Origin: Candidatus Freyarchaeum deiterrae | Lineage (GTDB): Archaea > Asgardarchaeota > Jordiarchaeia > Jordiarchaeales > Jordiarchaeaceae | DNA: 64,000 nt | Direction: 5' to 3' | NCBI GenBank assembly: GCA_037305845.1 | Contig: CP147778.1 | Span: 352,001-416,000, forward strand | Shown here: positions 29,262 to 38,537 of the stretch, piece by piece | Position numbering within the stretch: position 1 is the stretch's first letter | Layout: each line of letters begins with the position of its first letter | Notes under the pieces: model-generated | The model's input: the letters and a program-made list of their open reading frames with translations, nothing else | What the model was told of the DNA's origin: nothing | The model's database searches: none | Made by a program: the position numbers and the translations under genes

Positions 29262-29689
29262 AATTGAGTAAATTCGGCTGCAAAGTATGAATTATGCCTT
29301 TGGTTTTAGGTGCAACGCATTTCAGAGATCTTTTATGCCTTCAACAAGAGTATAGCTGGTGGCTCACTCTCTACGAGTAATCTTAGACTATGTGGTGAAA
29401 GGTATTAGTTTCGGAATCTTACTCCTTCAGTTTTTTGCTCATTCTCTCTCCTAAATTTTTATTTAGTTTAGGATAAGTACATACTCTAAGAAAAAGTATG
29501 AAGCGTAAGCTTTTTGACAAAATTAGTTTAACTATTTTTATTAAAGGATCTGTCCGCCGGTGGTTTAAACAGAAGGAGAAGGAGCAGTTTAGCTCTCCCA
29601 GAAAGAGAAACCCACCTCCCCCCAGTGCTTTTAAAAGAATGATTTATCTCGATCAGACTTTAAAGGGTTTGATTACTTACATAATTATA

Positions 29690-29853
29690 GAAGGCATTCC
29701 CGGAAGCTTTCGCAGACGGGATAGAGGGTGTAGAGCTTCACCCAGCGAGAACGGAACGGATTTCAAAGTTCTAGCAAAGGGAACTTGAAGAATATACAAT
29801 TTTTGTCCCAAAGCCTGAAGCGTAGAACGCCTTCAAAAGGAAGGCGTTCTTTC
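29690..29853 (+). ncRNA. Putative structured non-coding RNA of unknown class
   Basis: TTTAAAGG TATA-like box at 29659-29666. Four potential stem-loops, 5'/3' complementarity and a single-stranded AATTTTTG. GC-richer than the flanks. Confidence 0.35.
29824..29850. terminator. Perfect 11-bp hairpin
   Basis: AGAACGCCTTC-AAAAG-GAAGGCGTTCT, directly after the stop of the convergent small ORF. Confidence 0.6.
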
Positions 29854-30006
29854 TTATACGCGTTTAATTATTTCTATTTCGGCGTAGGTACTTATCTCTT
29901 TATGCTTTTTCTCGAAATCTTTTAGTAAAGCCTTGATTTTGTTTTCTAATTCGTCTTGTTCACTTTCGGGTATGAACTCAACTCTGGCTAATACGACTTC
30001 TGGCAT
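29854..30006 (-). CDS. 50-aa small protein (not in ORF track)
   Basis: MPEVVLARVEFIPESEQDELENKIKALLKDFEKKHKEISTYAEIEIIKRV*. GTGAGGGA upstream and a hairpin downstream. Confidence 0.65.
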   Translation of the reverse strand: MPEVVLARVEFIPESEQDELENKIKALLKDFEKKHKEISTYAEIEIIKRV

Positions 30007-30178
30007 CTTTAATCCCTCACACGTTTTAGAGCATGTTTTTATTTAAATTTTTCCAAGTAATCCAGCAACATTCTTAAACTGTTTTGAGAGCTTTAAAAAC
30101 TAAAGTGTGATGGAAACCCAAAAAAAATTTAATAGGTTGAAATTATAAATAGTCTGAAGGTCATGGGAGGTAAATAGT

Positions 30179-31102
30179 GTGCCGGATCTAGTTACAGTAG
30201 GGCATATCTTAATGGATATCCGATTCTTTGTGGATAAATTTCCCCAACCAGATGCGGAAGCGAAAACTGACAAGTTGAGTTTAGGTGGTGGAGGATCTGC
30301 TGCTAACGTCGCCGTTAGTGCCTCACGGCTAGGGGTAAAATCTGGATTTATCGGTACTGTTGGCTTTGACTCATATGGGCGAACTCTTTTAGGTGAACTT
30401 GAACGTGAGGGTGTCGACGTATCTTGTGTTAAGATTGATACGACCACTAACTCGGGTATAACCTGCATAGCTATTAATGAACAAGGGCAAGTACTGATGT
30501 TTGGATACGTGGGGGCAAGCGATAAGCTATATCCTGAAGATCTTAAAAAAGAGTATATATCTTCCGCCAAACATTTACACATCACTGGTCTTTCATTTGA
30601 AACAGCACTGGCAGCTGCGAAAATAGCTAGCAAAGCAAAGATTGTAGTGTCCTTCGACCCCGGGAGGCTTATGTCCGGTCTCGGATTGAAGAAGGTCTCA
30701 CCTCTCCTAAAGGAGGTTAATCAAATTCTGTTAAATCATGAGGAAGCAAAAGCGCTAAGTGGTGAATCTAACCTAGAGGATGCGGGGAGTATCCTTCTCA
30801 AAAATGGACCGAAAGTTGCTGTAATAAAGAGGGGAGGCGATGGTGTGCTTGTTATGACTCAAGATAGCAAGTTTAGCGTCCCCGCTCCTCACGTAAAGGT
30901 TGTGGACACAACAGGAGCGGGTGACTCATTCTCTGGAGGTTTTATCACGGCTCAATTAGAGGGTGAGAGTTTAGAAGACTCAGTTAAATTTGCCAGCGCC
31001 ACAGCAGGGTTAAAAATCACCAAAATGGGTGCAAGAGCATTACCAACACGGACTGAGGTTGAAAGATTCCTAAAGGCCCACGACCATGGAAGTTTAATAT
31101 AA
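30179..31102 (+). CDS. PfkB/ribokinase-family carbohydrate kinase
   Basis: GGSAANVA, G.VG.D..G, FDPG and VVDTTGAGDSF. Confidence 0.92.
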   Translation: MPDLVTVGHILMDIRFFVDKFPQPDAEAKTDKLSLGGGGSAANVAVSASRLGVKSGFIGTVGFDSYGRTLLGELEREGVDVSCVKIDTTTNSGITCIAINEQGQVLMFGYVGASDKLYPEDLKKEYISSAKHLHITGLSFETALAAAKIASKAKIVVSFDPGRLMSGLGLKKVSPLLKEVNQILLNHEEAKALSGESNLEDAGSILLKNGPKVAVIKRGGDGVLVMTQDSKFSVPAPHVKVVDTTGAGDSFSGGFITAQLEGESLEDSVKFASATAGLKITKMGARALPTRTEVERFLKAHDHGSLI

Positions 31103-31123
31103 GAAAGAAAGGAGGCATGAAAC

Positions 31124-32404
31124 ATTAAGCTAATTTACATAGTTATAGACGGTATGGGTGACTTACCAACAGAAGAATTTGCAAACGAAACCCCACTTGA
31201 GGCTGCTGAAACACCTAACATGGATTCTCTTGCGAAAAAAGGTAAAACGGGAATGATGTACACTATTGGAAAGGGCATCGCTCCGGAAAGTGATGTGGCT
31301 GTTATCTCAATTTTAGGATACGACCCATTCAAGTATAGTACTGGAAGAGGGGTTCTTGAAGCCGTAGGTTCGGATATGAAGATGAAAGACGGCGACCTCG
31401 CCCTGAGGTGCAACTTTGCCACACTAGGTCATGGGAAGGAAATTATTGATCGAAGAGCGGGGAGAGATTTACTCACCGAAGAGGCTAATGAGCTAAGTAA
31501 AACCATAAACAGGGTTATCAAATTGGAATCATACCCTACGGATTTTGAGTTCAAAAGTACTATAGGGCATAGGGGAGTTTTGGTCATAAGAAGCAGGAAG
31601 AGCCCTCTCTCAAGTAACATATCGAACACCGACCCCGCCTATTCTAAGGTGGAGGGGCTAGGAGTAGCCAAAGCAAATGTGGAAATGGTTCTTAAAAAAT
31701 GCGAGCCTATGGATAAAACTGAGGAAGCGAATACATCCGCAAAACTGGTAAACGAGTTCACTGAGAAAAGCCATAAGGTTTTGGATGAAGATAAGATAAA
31801 CAAAAAACGTGCTGCAGAGGGAAAATTAAAAGCAAACGTAATACTCTCCAGGGACGCCGGACACCTTTTACCAAAATTCTACAACATTAGTGAGAAGTAT
31901 GGTGTACGATTCATTTCTCTCACAGACATGCCTGTCGAAAGAGGTATATCCAAACTAGCGGGCATGGAAATGACTGTGCTACCTCCCCCCTCAGGAGCCC
32001 TTGGAAACGACTGTATACTAAGGGTGAAAAAACTTCTTGAACTATTACCCTCTTACGACTGCTTTTATATACACATTAAGGGTCCAGATGAACCCGGTCA
32101 CGATGGAGACTTCAAACGCAAAACAGAACTTATCGCAACAATCGACAAATACTTTTTCGGTGAACTACTAGAAAAAATAAAGCTGGAGGATAATATCATC
32201 TGTGTCACAGCAGACCACTCAACACCCTGCAAACTGAAAGGTCACAGCGACGACCCAGTTCCACTACTTATAACTGGCAATAAAATAAAGGGAGACAAAG
32301 TTTCCAAGTTCTCTGAAAAAGATTGCAAAAAAGGAAGCTTAGGCATTTTGGAACACGGTACTGAACTCATGCCAAAACTCATCAGTTTCCTAAAGAAAAA
32401 GTAG
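31124..32404 (+). CDS. apgM: 2,3-BPG-independent phosphoglycerate mutase (archaeal type); start extended to ATT 31124
   Basis: IKLIYIVIDGMGD, TPLE.A.TPNMD, PESD, GRGVLEA, HIKGPDEPGHDG, TADHSTP and HSDDPVP. Confidence 0.9.
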   Translation: MKLIYIVIDGMGDLPTEEFANETPLEAAETPNMDSLAKKGKTGMMYTIGKGIAPESDVAVISILGYDPFKYSTGRGVLEAVGSDMKMKDGDLALRCNFATLGHGKEIIDRRAGRDLLTEEANELSKTINRVIKLESYPTDFEFKSTIGHRGVLVIRSRKSPLSSNISNTDPAYSKVEGLGVAKANVEMVLKKCEPMDKTEEANTSAKLVNEFTEKSHKVLDEDKINKKRAAEGKLKANVILSRDAGHLLPKFYNISEKYGVRFISLTDMPVERGISKLAGMEMTVLPPPSGALGNDCILRVKKLLELLPSYDCFYIHIKGPDEPGHDGDFKRKTELIATIDKYFFGELLEKIKLEDNIICVTADHSTPCKLKGHSDDPVPLLITGNKIKGDKVSKFSEKDCKKGSLGILEHGTELMPKLISFLKKK

Positions 32405-32514
32405 AAAAGTAGTAACTTGAACCCGAAATTTCGGGACCTTGATTCTGAATTTTTTCCTTTATAACTGCTCCACAGCTGTTTACCTAAGCTTTTAACTTTC
32501 ATCTATTTCTAAAA

Positions 32515-33435
32515 CTAACGAGCCTTAGACGAGCTTCCAAATAGGCGCATTTTGCTCTTGACAAGCTCTTTCATAGCGTCTTTAGCGGGGCCTAGAATCT
32601 TTCTCGGATCAATTTCCTTTGGTTTAGTAACCAGAACTTCACGGATTTCAGCAACGAAAGCCAGCCTTACATCCGTATCAATATTTATTTTTGAGATACC
32701 CAAGGAAATAGCCTTTTTAATATGCTCGTCTGGAATTCCTTTAGCCTCTTCTATTTCAGCACCATATTTATTGGCTTTACTAACTATCTCCGGTGGAACC
32801 CCTGACGCTCCATGCAAAACAAGTAGAACTTTAACCTTACTTCTGATAGCGTGTAATCTTTCAAAATCCAGTTTCGGTTCTGCCTTAAATTTGTAGGCTC
32901 CGTGGGAGGTTCCGATTGCCACTGCTAGGACGTCTACGCCGGTTCTCTCAACAAACTCCTTGGCTGCGTCGGGGTCGGTTAATATGGTTTCCTTTTCTTC
33001 AGCTGTTGACTCTTCTACTCTGGTAAGTTTCCCAAGTTCTGCTTCAACTGATACTCCTTTTCGATGAGCCAAATTCACAACACTCTTTGTCAAAGAAATA
33101 TTTTCTTCGAAATCAAGACTGGAACCGTCTATCATAATCGAAGTAAAACCAGCCTTAAGGCATTTTGAAACAGTTTCTACATCGTGACCATGGTCCAGAT
33201 GTAAAGTCATAGGAACAGGAGCGGATTTCGCTGCAATTTTGACAATTGAGCTTAGGTACTCCAAGCCATTGTATTCAATAGAGGAGGGAGTTATAGCAAC
33301 GATTACCGGCGACTTCTCCTCCACAGCAGCCTCAGTAATAGCCAATAAACTTTCCAGATTGTTAATGTTAAAATGGCCTACAGCATAACCTTTAGCTCTT
33401 GCATCAGACAAAACTTCTTTATTTGTAACAAGCAT
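32515..33435 (-). CDS. fba: Class II fructose-1,6-bisphosphate aldolase
   Basis: LHLDHG, MIDGS, VEAELG, AIGTSHGAYK, LVLHGAS and KINIDTD. Confidence 0.95.
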   Translation of the reverse strand: MLVTNKEVLSDARAKGYAVGHFNINNLESLLAITEAAVEEKSPVIVAITPSSIEYNGLEYLSSIVKIAAKSAPVPMTLHLDHGHDVETVSKCLKAGFTSIMIDGSSLDFEENISLTKSVVNLAHRKGVSVEAELGKLTRVEESTAEEKETILTDPDAAKEFVERTGVDVLAVAIGTSHGAYKFKAEPKLDFERLHAIRSKVKVLLVLHGASGVPPEIVSKANKYGAEIEEAKGIPDEHIKKAISLGISKINIDTDVRLAFVAEIREVLVTKPKEIDPRKILGPAKDAMKELVKSKMRLFGSSSKAR

Positions 33436-33554
33436 GTCCTCAACCCTCCAAATCTAAATATTTGTTAAATAGACTTAATATAAAATTTCCATATCATTTA
33501 AAAACATTTCGAAAATTAAGTAGAATTAGTAATCTTCTGGGGGTAATTGACCAA

Positions 33555-35246
33555 ATGAGCGAAACTTTGTACTGGGATCTGGCTGAACTCTGCAGGGAAA
33601 TCGAATCGACCACCAAGAGACTAGTAATCGTCGAACTCATAGCACAGTTTCTAAATAAACTATCTCCAGAAGAAGTTGCGCCATCGATTAGAATGATAGT
33701 GGGTAAAACCTTTCCCGAATGGAGCCACATCACACTCGATGTGTCTTGGAGAGCAATTCAGGACGTAATTAGAGATATAACTAAAGCTTCAGATGAAGAA
33801 ATGTTACAAGCCTTTAGCGAGAAGGGAGACCCCGGTGATATGGTTCAATTGTTAATGTCGAGGAAAGAGGTCTCAAAGCAAACCGTACTTTTACCTAAGT
33901 CACTTTCAATACTTGAAGTCTACAGAAGCTATCAGACTATCTCTGAAATCAAGGGAAGCGGTTCGAAAAAGAAAAAAGAAAACGTTCTAATGAGCCTGCT
34001 AAGCAGGGCAACCCCCTCAGAAGCAAAATACATAATAAAAAACCTTATCGGAGAAATGAGAACCGGGGCTTCTTTGGGATTAATGGAGGAGGGTATAGCA
34101 AAGGCGACCTTATCGCCGCTGGAAGAGGTTAAGAGAGCTCATATGTTGATAGGGGATCTCGGTGAAGTAGCAGAAAAAGCCTTTCGAGAAGGTTCTCAAA
34201 CTCTTAAGGATGTGAAACCCATTCCTTTTCATCCAATAAAACCTATGCTAGCCCAAGCCGTGGAAAATGTAGGTGAAGCCTTGGAAGAGCATAAAGGGGA
34301 AACCAGCCTGGAGTATAAACTCGATGGTGCTAGGCTTCAGATACACATCCACGGGAAAGAAGTTAGGATTTACAGCAGAAGGCTGACCGAAGTAACCACC
34401 AGTCTCCCGGACGTAGTGGAACAGGTTACTAATAATATTCAGTGCGAAGCGGCTATAATGGAGGGGGAAGTTATAGCGGTAAGCGAAGACGGCAGACCTC
34501 TTCCTTTTCAAAATCTAATGAGGAGATTTCGGAGAATTAAGAAAATTGAAGAAACTATTACCGAAATTCCAGTAAAGCTTTACTTATTCGACATAATTTA
34601 TCTAAACGGTCAAACACTCATAGACCAGCCTTACAGTGAGAGAAGGAAAACACTCTCTGAGATAGTGGGTAATAATATAGAACTGGTTCCGCAGCTTTTG
34701 ACACGTGATTTGGGGAAGGCTCAGGAATTTTTTGAAGAAGCCAGGAAAAATGGCCACGAGGGGCTAATGGCTAAAAGGATTGAGAGCAAATACACTCCGG
34801 GTAGAAGAGGGAAAAAATGGCTGAAGATAAAAGAAGCAGAGCTCCTAGACCTAGTAATAGTGGGTGCGGATTGGGGGTACGGGCGGAGGGTAAACTGGCT
34901 CAGCGATTATTATCTAGCGGCGAGGAATGAAGAATCAGGCGAATTTCAGATAATTGGTAAAACGTTCAAGGGGCTCACCGATAATGAGTTTGAAGAAATC
35001 ACCAAGAAACTAAAGACTTTGATAATCTCTGAGGAGAGAAGAACAGTAAGAGTTAAACCGGAGATTGTCGTGGAGACGGCTTTTGATGAGATACAGAAAT
35101 CTCCCAGATACAAGTCGGGTTTTGCACTCAGATTTGCGAGAATTACGAGGATAAGAGAAGATAAAGGTGTGGAAGATGTCGACACGATAAAGAAAGTAAG
35201 AAGTCTTTATGAAAAACAGTTCAAAAACAAGGCGGAACTAGTGTAG
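33555..35246 (+). CDS. lig: ATP-dependent DNA ligase (archaeal LigI type)
   Basis: KPMLA, EYKLDG, EGEV, FDII, EGLMAK, WLKIK, LDLVIVG and ALRFARI.RIR.DK. ATG 33555 is preferred over TTG 33462. Confidence 0.96.
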   Translation: MSETLYWDLAELCREIESTTKRLVIVELIAQFLNKLSPEEVAPSIRMIVGKTFPEWSHITLDVSWRAIQDVIRDITKASDEEMLQAFSEKGDPGDMVQLLMSRKEVSKQTVLLPKSLSILEVYRSYQTISEIKGSGSKKKKENVLMSLLSRATPSEAKYIIKNLIGEMRTGASLGLMEEGIAKATLSPLEEVKRAHMLIGDLGEVAEKAFREGSQTLKDVKPIPFHPIKPMLAQAVENVGEALEEHKGETSLEYKLDGARLQIHIHGKEVRIYSRRLTEVTTSLPDVVEQVTNNIQCEAAIMEGEVIAVSEDGRPLPFQNLMRRFRRIKKIEETITEIPVKLYLFDIIYLNGQTLIDQPYSERRKTLSEIVGNNIELVPQLLTRDLGKAQEFFEEARKNGHEGLMAKRIESKYTPGRRGKKWLKIKEAELLDLVIVGADWGYGRRVNWLSDYYLAARNEESGEFQIIGKTFKGLTDNEFEEITKKLKTLIISEERRTVRVKPEIVVETAFDEIQKSPRYKSGFALRFARITRIREDKGVEDVDTIKKVRSLYEKQFKNKAELV

Positions 35247-35522
35247 GTGTAGACTTCTTGTAAGTGAATGTTGGGTGTTTTTTTATGATGAATCAGGTTT
35301 GATTTTTTAACTTTTTTCAGTTTTAATTTAAATTTTTTTACAATTTTATAATATTTTTTATTTTAATATTTAGAATTATAATATACTTATACACTATTTT
35401 TCTTATTTATTACAAGTCCCGTTTATTATCTTAATAACACACCAAAAACTTAAATCAAAGACAAAACTACTTTTTTAACAAGAATGATTGAATTTTTCTA
35501 AAAATTTCATTAGCAGCCGGGG

Positions 35523-35963
35523 TTGTTAAACAAAATGGAGCAGAAAATGATTGAATTCATCGATGTTCTAAGGAAAAAGGGATACAAGGTAACGCCTCAG
35601 AGAATAGAACTATTCAAAATAATCAAAGCTAGTAAACACCCCACGGTGGATGAAGTATACCAAAAAGTAAAAACAACCTATCCCACGGTGAGTCCAGCTA
35701 CGGTTTACAAAACAATTGAGCTGTTAAAAGGGATTGGAGAAGTCCAGGAAATCGGTGTGGTAGATGGAAAAATTCTGTACGAAACTAATACGACCCCCCA
35801 CATCAATCTACACTGTATAAACTGCAATAGAATAGAGGATATAGGGTCAGACCTAACTGAAAAACTAGTAAAGGATATACAAAACAAAACTAAAAGCAAA
35901 ATTGTAGGTCTGAGTATAAACTTTTATGTGTATTGTTCTGAGTGCCAAAACAAAATGAAATAA
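35523..35963 (+). CDS. Fur/PerR-family regulator
   Basis: KVTPQR, HPT..EVY, ATVYKT, H...CINC and CSEC. Confidence 0.92.
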   Translation: MLNKMEQKMIEFIDVLRKKGYKVTPQRIELFKIIKASKHPTVDEVYQKVKTTYPTVSPATVYKTIELLKGIGEVQEIGVVDGKILYETNTTPHINLHCINCNRIEDIGSDLTEKLVKDIQNKTKSKIVGLSINFYVYCSECQNKMK

Positions 35964-36007
35964 TTAGGCTAGTTTTCTAAACCTAATCTAGGTAGTGTTG
36001 GAATTCT

Positions 36008-36832
36008 CTATTTAGGATTTTTGTGTTTTTTATTCTCTGACTCATCTATGAAGTAGGATACTAAATCCGCGAAGAAGTCTTTCCTTTCCAGAAGTGCGGC
36101 GTGTCCCCCGTAGGGAATTATTGCTATCTGCGAGTTTGGGATTTGTTTGTTCATGAATTCTGCTTCTTCTGCTGGTACCACTTGGTCATCTCTGCCGTGG
36201 ATGATCAGTGTTGGAACCTTGATTTTCTTAATGTCCTTCTCCAGAGTCAGTGGACTCTTCATGTACCCCTGCTGAATTCTCGGTACGGTTCTCGCATCTC
36301 TGGTTTTCATAGAATCCGCGAAGAGTTTCATCTCGTCCGGATGTCTGCGTGTGAAGATGGGGTTGAAAACGGATTTTACTTCGGCTTCGATGTACGCGTC
36401 TAATCCCTTTTCAGCAAATGCTTTTGCCCATGTTGCACCAACTTGGATGGCTTTTGGGGGTATGCGTGCAGCAGTGTCTATAAGTATAATTCCACTAACC
36501 TTTTCTGGATGATTCAACGCCATCTTTAGGGTTACAAATCCGCCCATACTAACTCCGCAAATATATGCTTTGTCAATTTTCAGGTTGTCGAGAAGTGCTG
36601 TCACATCTTCTGCGAACATATCCTGGGTGTAAGGCTGGTCCGGCTTATCGGATTTCCCGTGTCCCTTTAAATCCACGGCTATACATCTTATCTCCTTTGA
36701 GAGTTCTGGGGCTAAAAACGACCACTCGCTTGTGTCTCCGCCCATTCCATGGATTAAAACTAGCGGTGTTCCTTTTCCGGTGTCCTCGTAATACATTTCA
36801 ATATCGTTTACTTTAGCTATCAAAATTATCAC
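36008..36832 (-). CDS. Alpha/beta hydrolase (3-oxoadipate enol-lactonase-like)
   Basis: LIHG, DLKGHGKS, GVSMGG, HGRDD and GH. Confidence 0.9.
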   Translation of the reverse strand: MIILIAKVNDIEMYYEDTGKGTPLVLIHGMGGDTSEWSFLAPELSKEIRCIAVDLKGHGKSDKPDQPYTQDMFAEDVTALLDNLKIDKAYICGVSMGGFVTLKMALNHPEKVSGIILIDTAARIPPKAIQVGATWAKAFAEKGLDAYIEAEVKSVFNPIFTRRHPDEMKLFADSMKTRDARTVPRIQQGYMKSPLTLEKDIKKIKVPTLIIHGRDDQVVPAEEAEFMNKQIPNSQIAIIPYGGHAALLERKDFFADLVSYFIDESENKKHKNPK

Positions 36833-36919
36833 TCTCCGCTCCGTTTGATTTAAGGTTTTTATTTATGAAGAATTGATTTGATTTTTATTTTTGAATATGT
36901 GTTTATTAAAATGTTTCCG

Positions 36920-38440
36920 TCACTTGGACGGTGAGCTATTGTTGGCTCTTCCATAAATTTCCGTCATTTCCAGAAGCCTTCTTGCTATTGAGGAAGTTAA
37001 CTGCTCAGGTGAAAGCCGCCACTTAAAATTTCCTTTTGTGGTTGCGGGTTTATTCATTCGAGCTTCTTCACCCAGTCCCAGAATATCTTGCACTGGTAGG
37101 ATGGCTGTATTCGCAACTGACATCATTGCGAGCCGGATTAATTCCCAGTGCACTTCTTTAGGTGAAACTTGTCTTCCAATGTAGATTGAAAGTCTCTTTC
37201 GATCTTCCGTTGTTGCCTCCTTTTCAAACCATCCTCTTATTGTGTTGTTATCATGAGTTCCGGTATATACTATGCAGTCTTTAATGTGGTTGTGCGGTGC
37301 GTAGGGATTCGTGGGAAGATCCTCACCAAAGGCGAAGAGAAGCACCCGCATTCCCGGTAAATTGAAATGGTGTATGAGCTCTCTTACATCGTCTGTGATA
37401 ACGCCAAGGTCCTCGGCGATGATAGGTAGATTGGAAAAGTGTTTGAGAAGCGTAGAGAGGAAGTCTTCTGCGGGCCCTGGGACCCATCGTCCGTTGATAG
37501 CTGTCTTTTCACCTGCTGGTACTTCCCAGTATGCGGCGAAGCCTCGGAAGTGGTCGATTCGCACCCAGTCATAGAGCTTTAGTGTGTGTGCCATTCGTTG
37601 AATCCACCAAGCATATTCATTTTGTTTAAGCACATCCCATCGATAGACGGGGTTTCCCCATAGTTGCCCCGTTTTACTGAAGTAGTCCGGTGGGACGCCG
37701 GCAACGTACAATGGTTTCTTTTCCTCGTTTAGTTTGAATATTGCGGGGTTCGCCCATACGTCCACGCTGTCGTAGTGCACGTAAATAGGTATGTCTCCGA
37801 TGATTTGGATGTTTTTCTGATTGCAGTAGTTTTTGAGGATGAACCACTGCTTAAAGAAGAGAAACTGGAGAAACTTTTCTCTCTCAATTTCATCTTGAAA
37901 CGCCTCTTTCAATTCTTGTAGGGCTCCGGGTTGTCTGTCGCGTATTTCGGGTGGCCATTCGCTCCAAACTTGTCCCTTGAAGTGAACCTTAGCGACGATG
38001 AAAAGTGAGTAATCTTCAAGCCAGTTCGAGTTTTCAGAACAGAATTTTTCGTAATCTTGTTCGTTTTTTCTTTCTACCTTAAAATGCTCGTGGGCTCTAT
38101 CAAAAATATTTTCTTTATAACGAATAACTTTTGGATAATCGACCATATTTTTTGGTGAGGAATGTATATGTTTAGTATCTGCCTTTTTGAGTAAGCCTTC
38201 TTGAAGCATAAGGTCAGGGCTTATCAGAAGCTTGTTTCCCGCAAAGGCGGAGAAACTACTGTATGGAACATTGCCCAAGGCGGGGTCTGTTGGAGTTAGA
38301 GGTAGGATTTGCCAGAAACTCTGTTTGGTTTCGGTTAGAAAATCAGCGAATTTGTAAGCTCCGGGACCAAAGTCACCAATCCCGTAAGGCGAGGGTAAGG
38401 ATAGAATGGGGAGCAGAATTCCGCTTCCTCTTCTGTTCAC
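36920..38440 (-). CDS. malQ: 4-alpha-glucanotransferase (GH77)
   Basis: WQILP, GDIPIY, GVPPDYFS.TGQLWGNP, RIDHFRG, IAEDLG and YTGTHDN. Confidence 0.96.
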   Translation of the reverse strand: MNRRGSGILLPILSLPSPYGIGDFGPGAYKFADFLTETKQSFWQILPLTPTDPALGNVPYSSFSAFAGNKLLISPDLMLQEGLLKKADTKHIHSSPKNMVDYPKVIRYKENIFDRAHEHFKVERKNEQDYEKFCSENSNWLEDYSLFIVAKVHFKGQVWSEWPPEIRDRQPGALQELKEAFQDEIEREKFLQFLFFKQWFILKNYCNQKNIQIIGDIPIYVHYDSVDVWANPAIFKLNEEKKPLYVAGVPPDYFSKTGQLWGNPVYRWDVLKQNEYAWWIQRMAHTLKLYDWVRIDHFRGFAAYWEVPAGEKTAINGRWVPGPAEDFLSTLLKHFSNLPIIAEDLGVITDDVRELIHHFNLPGMRVLLFAFGEDLPTNPYAPHNHIKDCIVYTGTHDNNTIRGWFEKEATTEDRKRLSIYIGRQVSPKEVHWELIRLAMMSVANTAILPVQDILGLGEEARMNKPATTKGNFKWRLSPEQLTSSIARRLLEMTEIYGRANNSSPSK

Positions 38441-38537
38441 ATTAAATTCCTCCTTTTTTTTAAAGAAATAATGAAATTATCATTGTCGCTGAGTAGGGAT
38501 TGAAATTAATTTTTGGTTGCTAGGGGATATGATTGCA

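Noticed and set aside
29498-29788. 96-aa ORF
   Set aside because: No ribosome-binding site or recognisable motif. It runs across a TATA-like box and the structured segment, so it is likely spurious.
29690-29853. Match to SRP RNA, 5S rRNA, RNase P, tRNA or known riboswitches (TPP, c-di-AMP, Moco, fluoride)
   Set aside because: Only short chance similarities. Diagnostic conserved cores were not found by eye.
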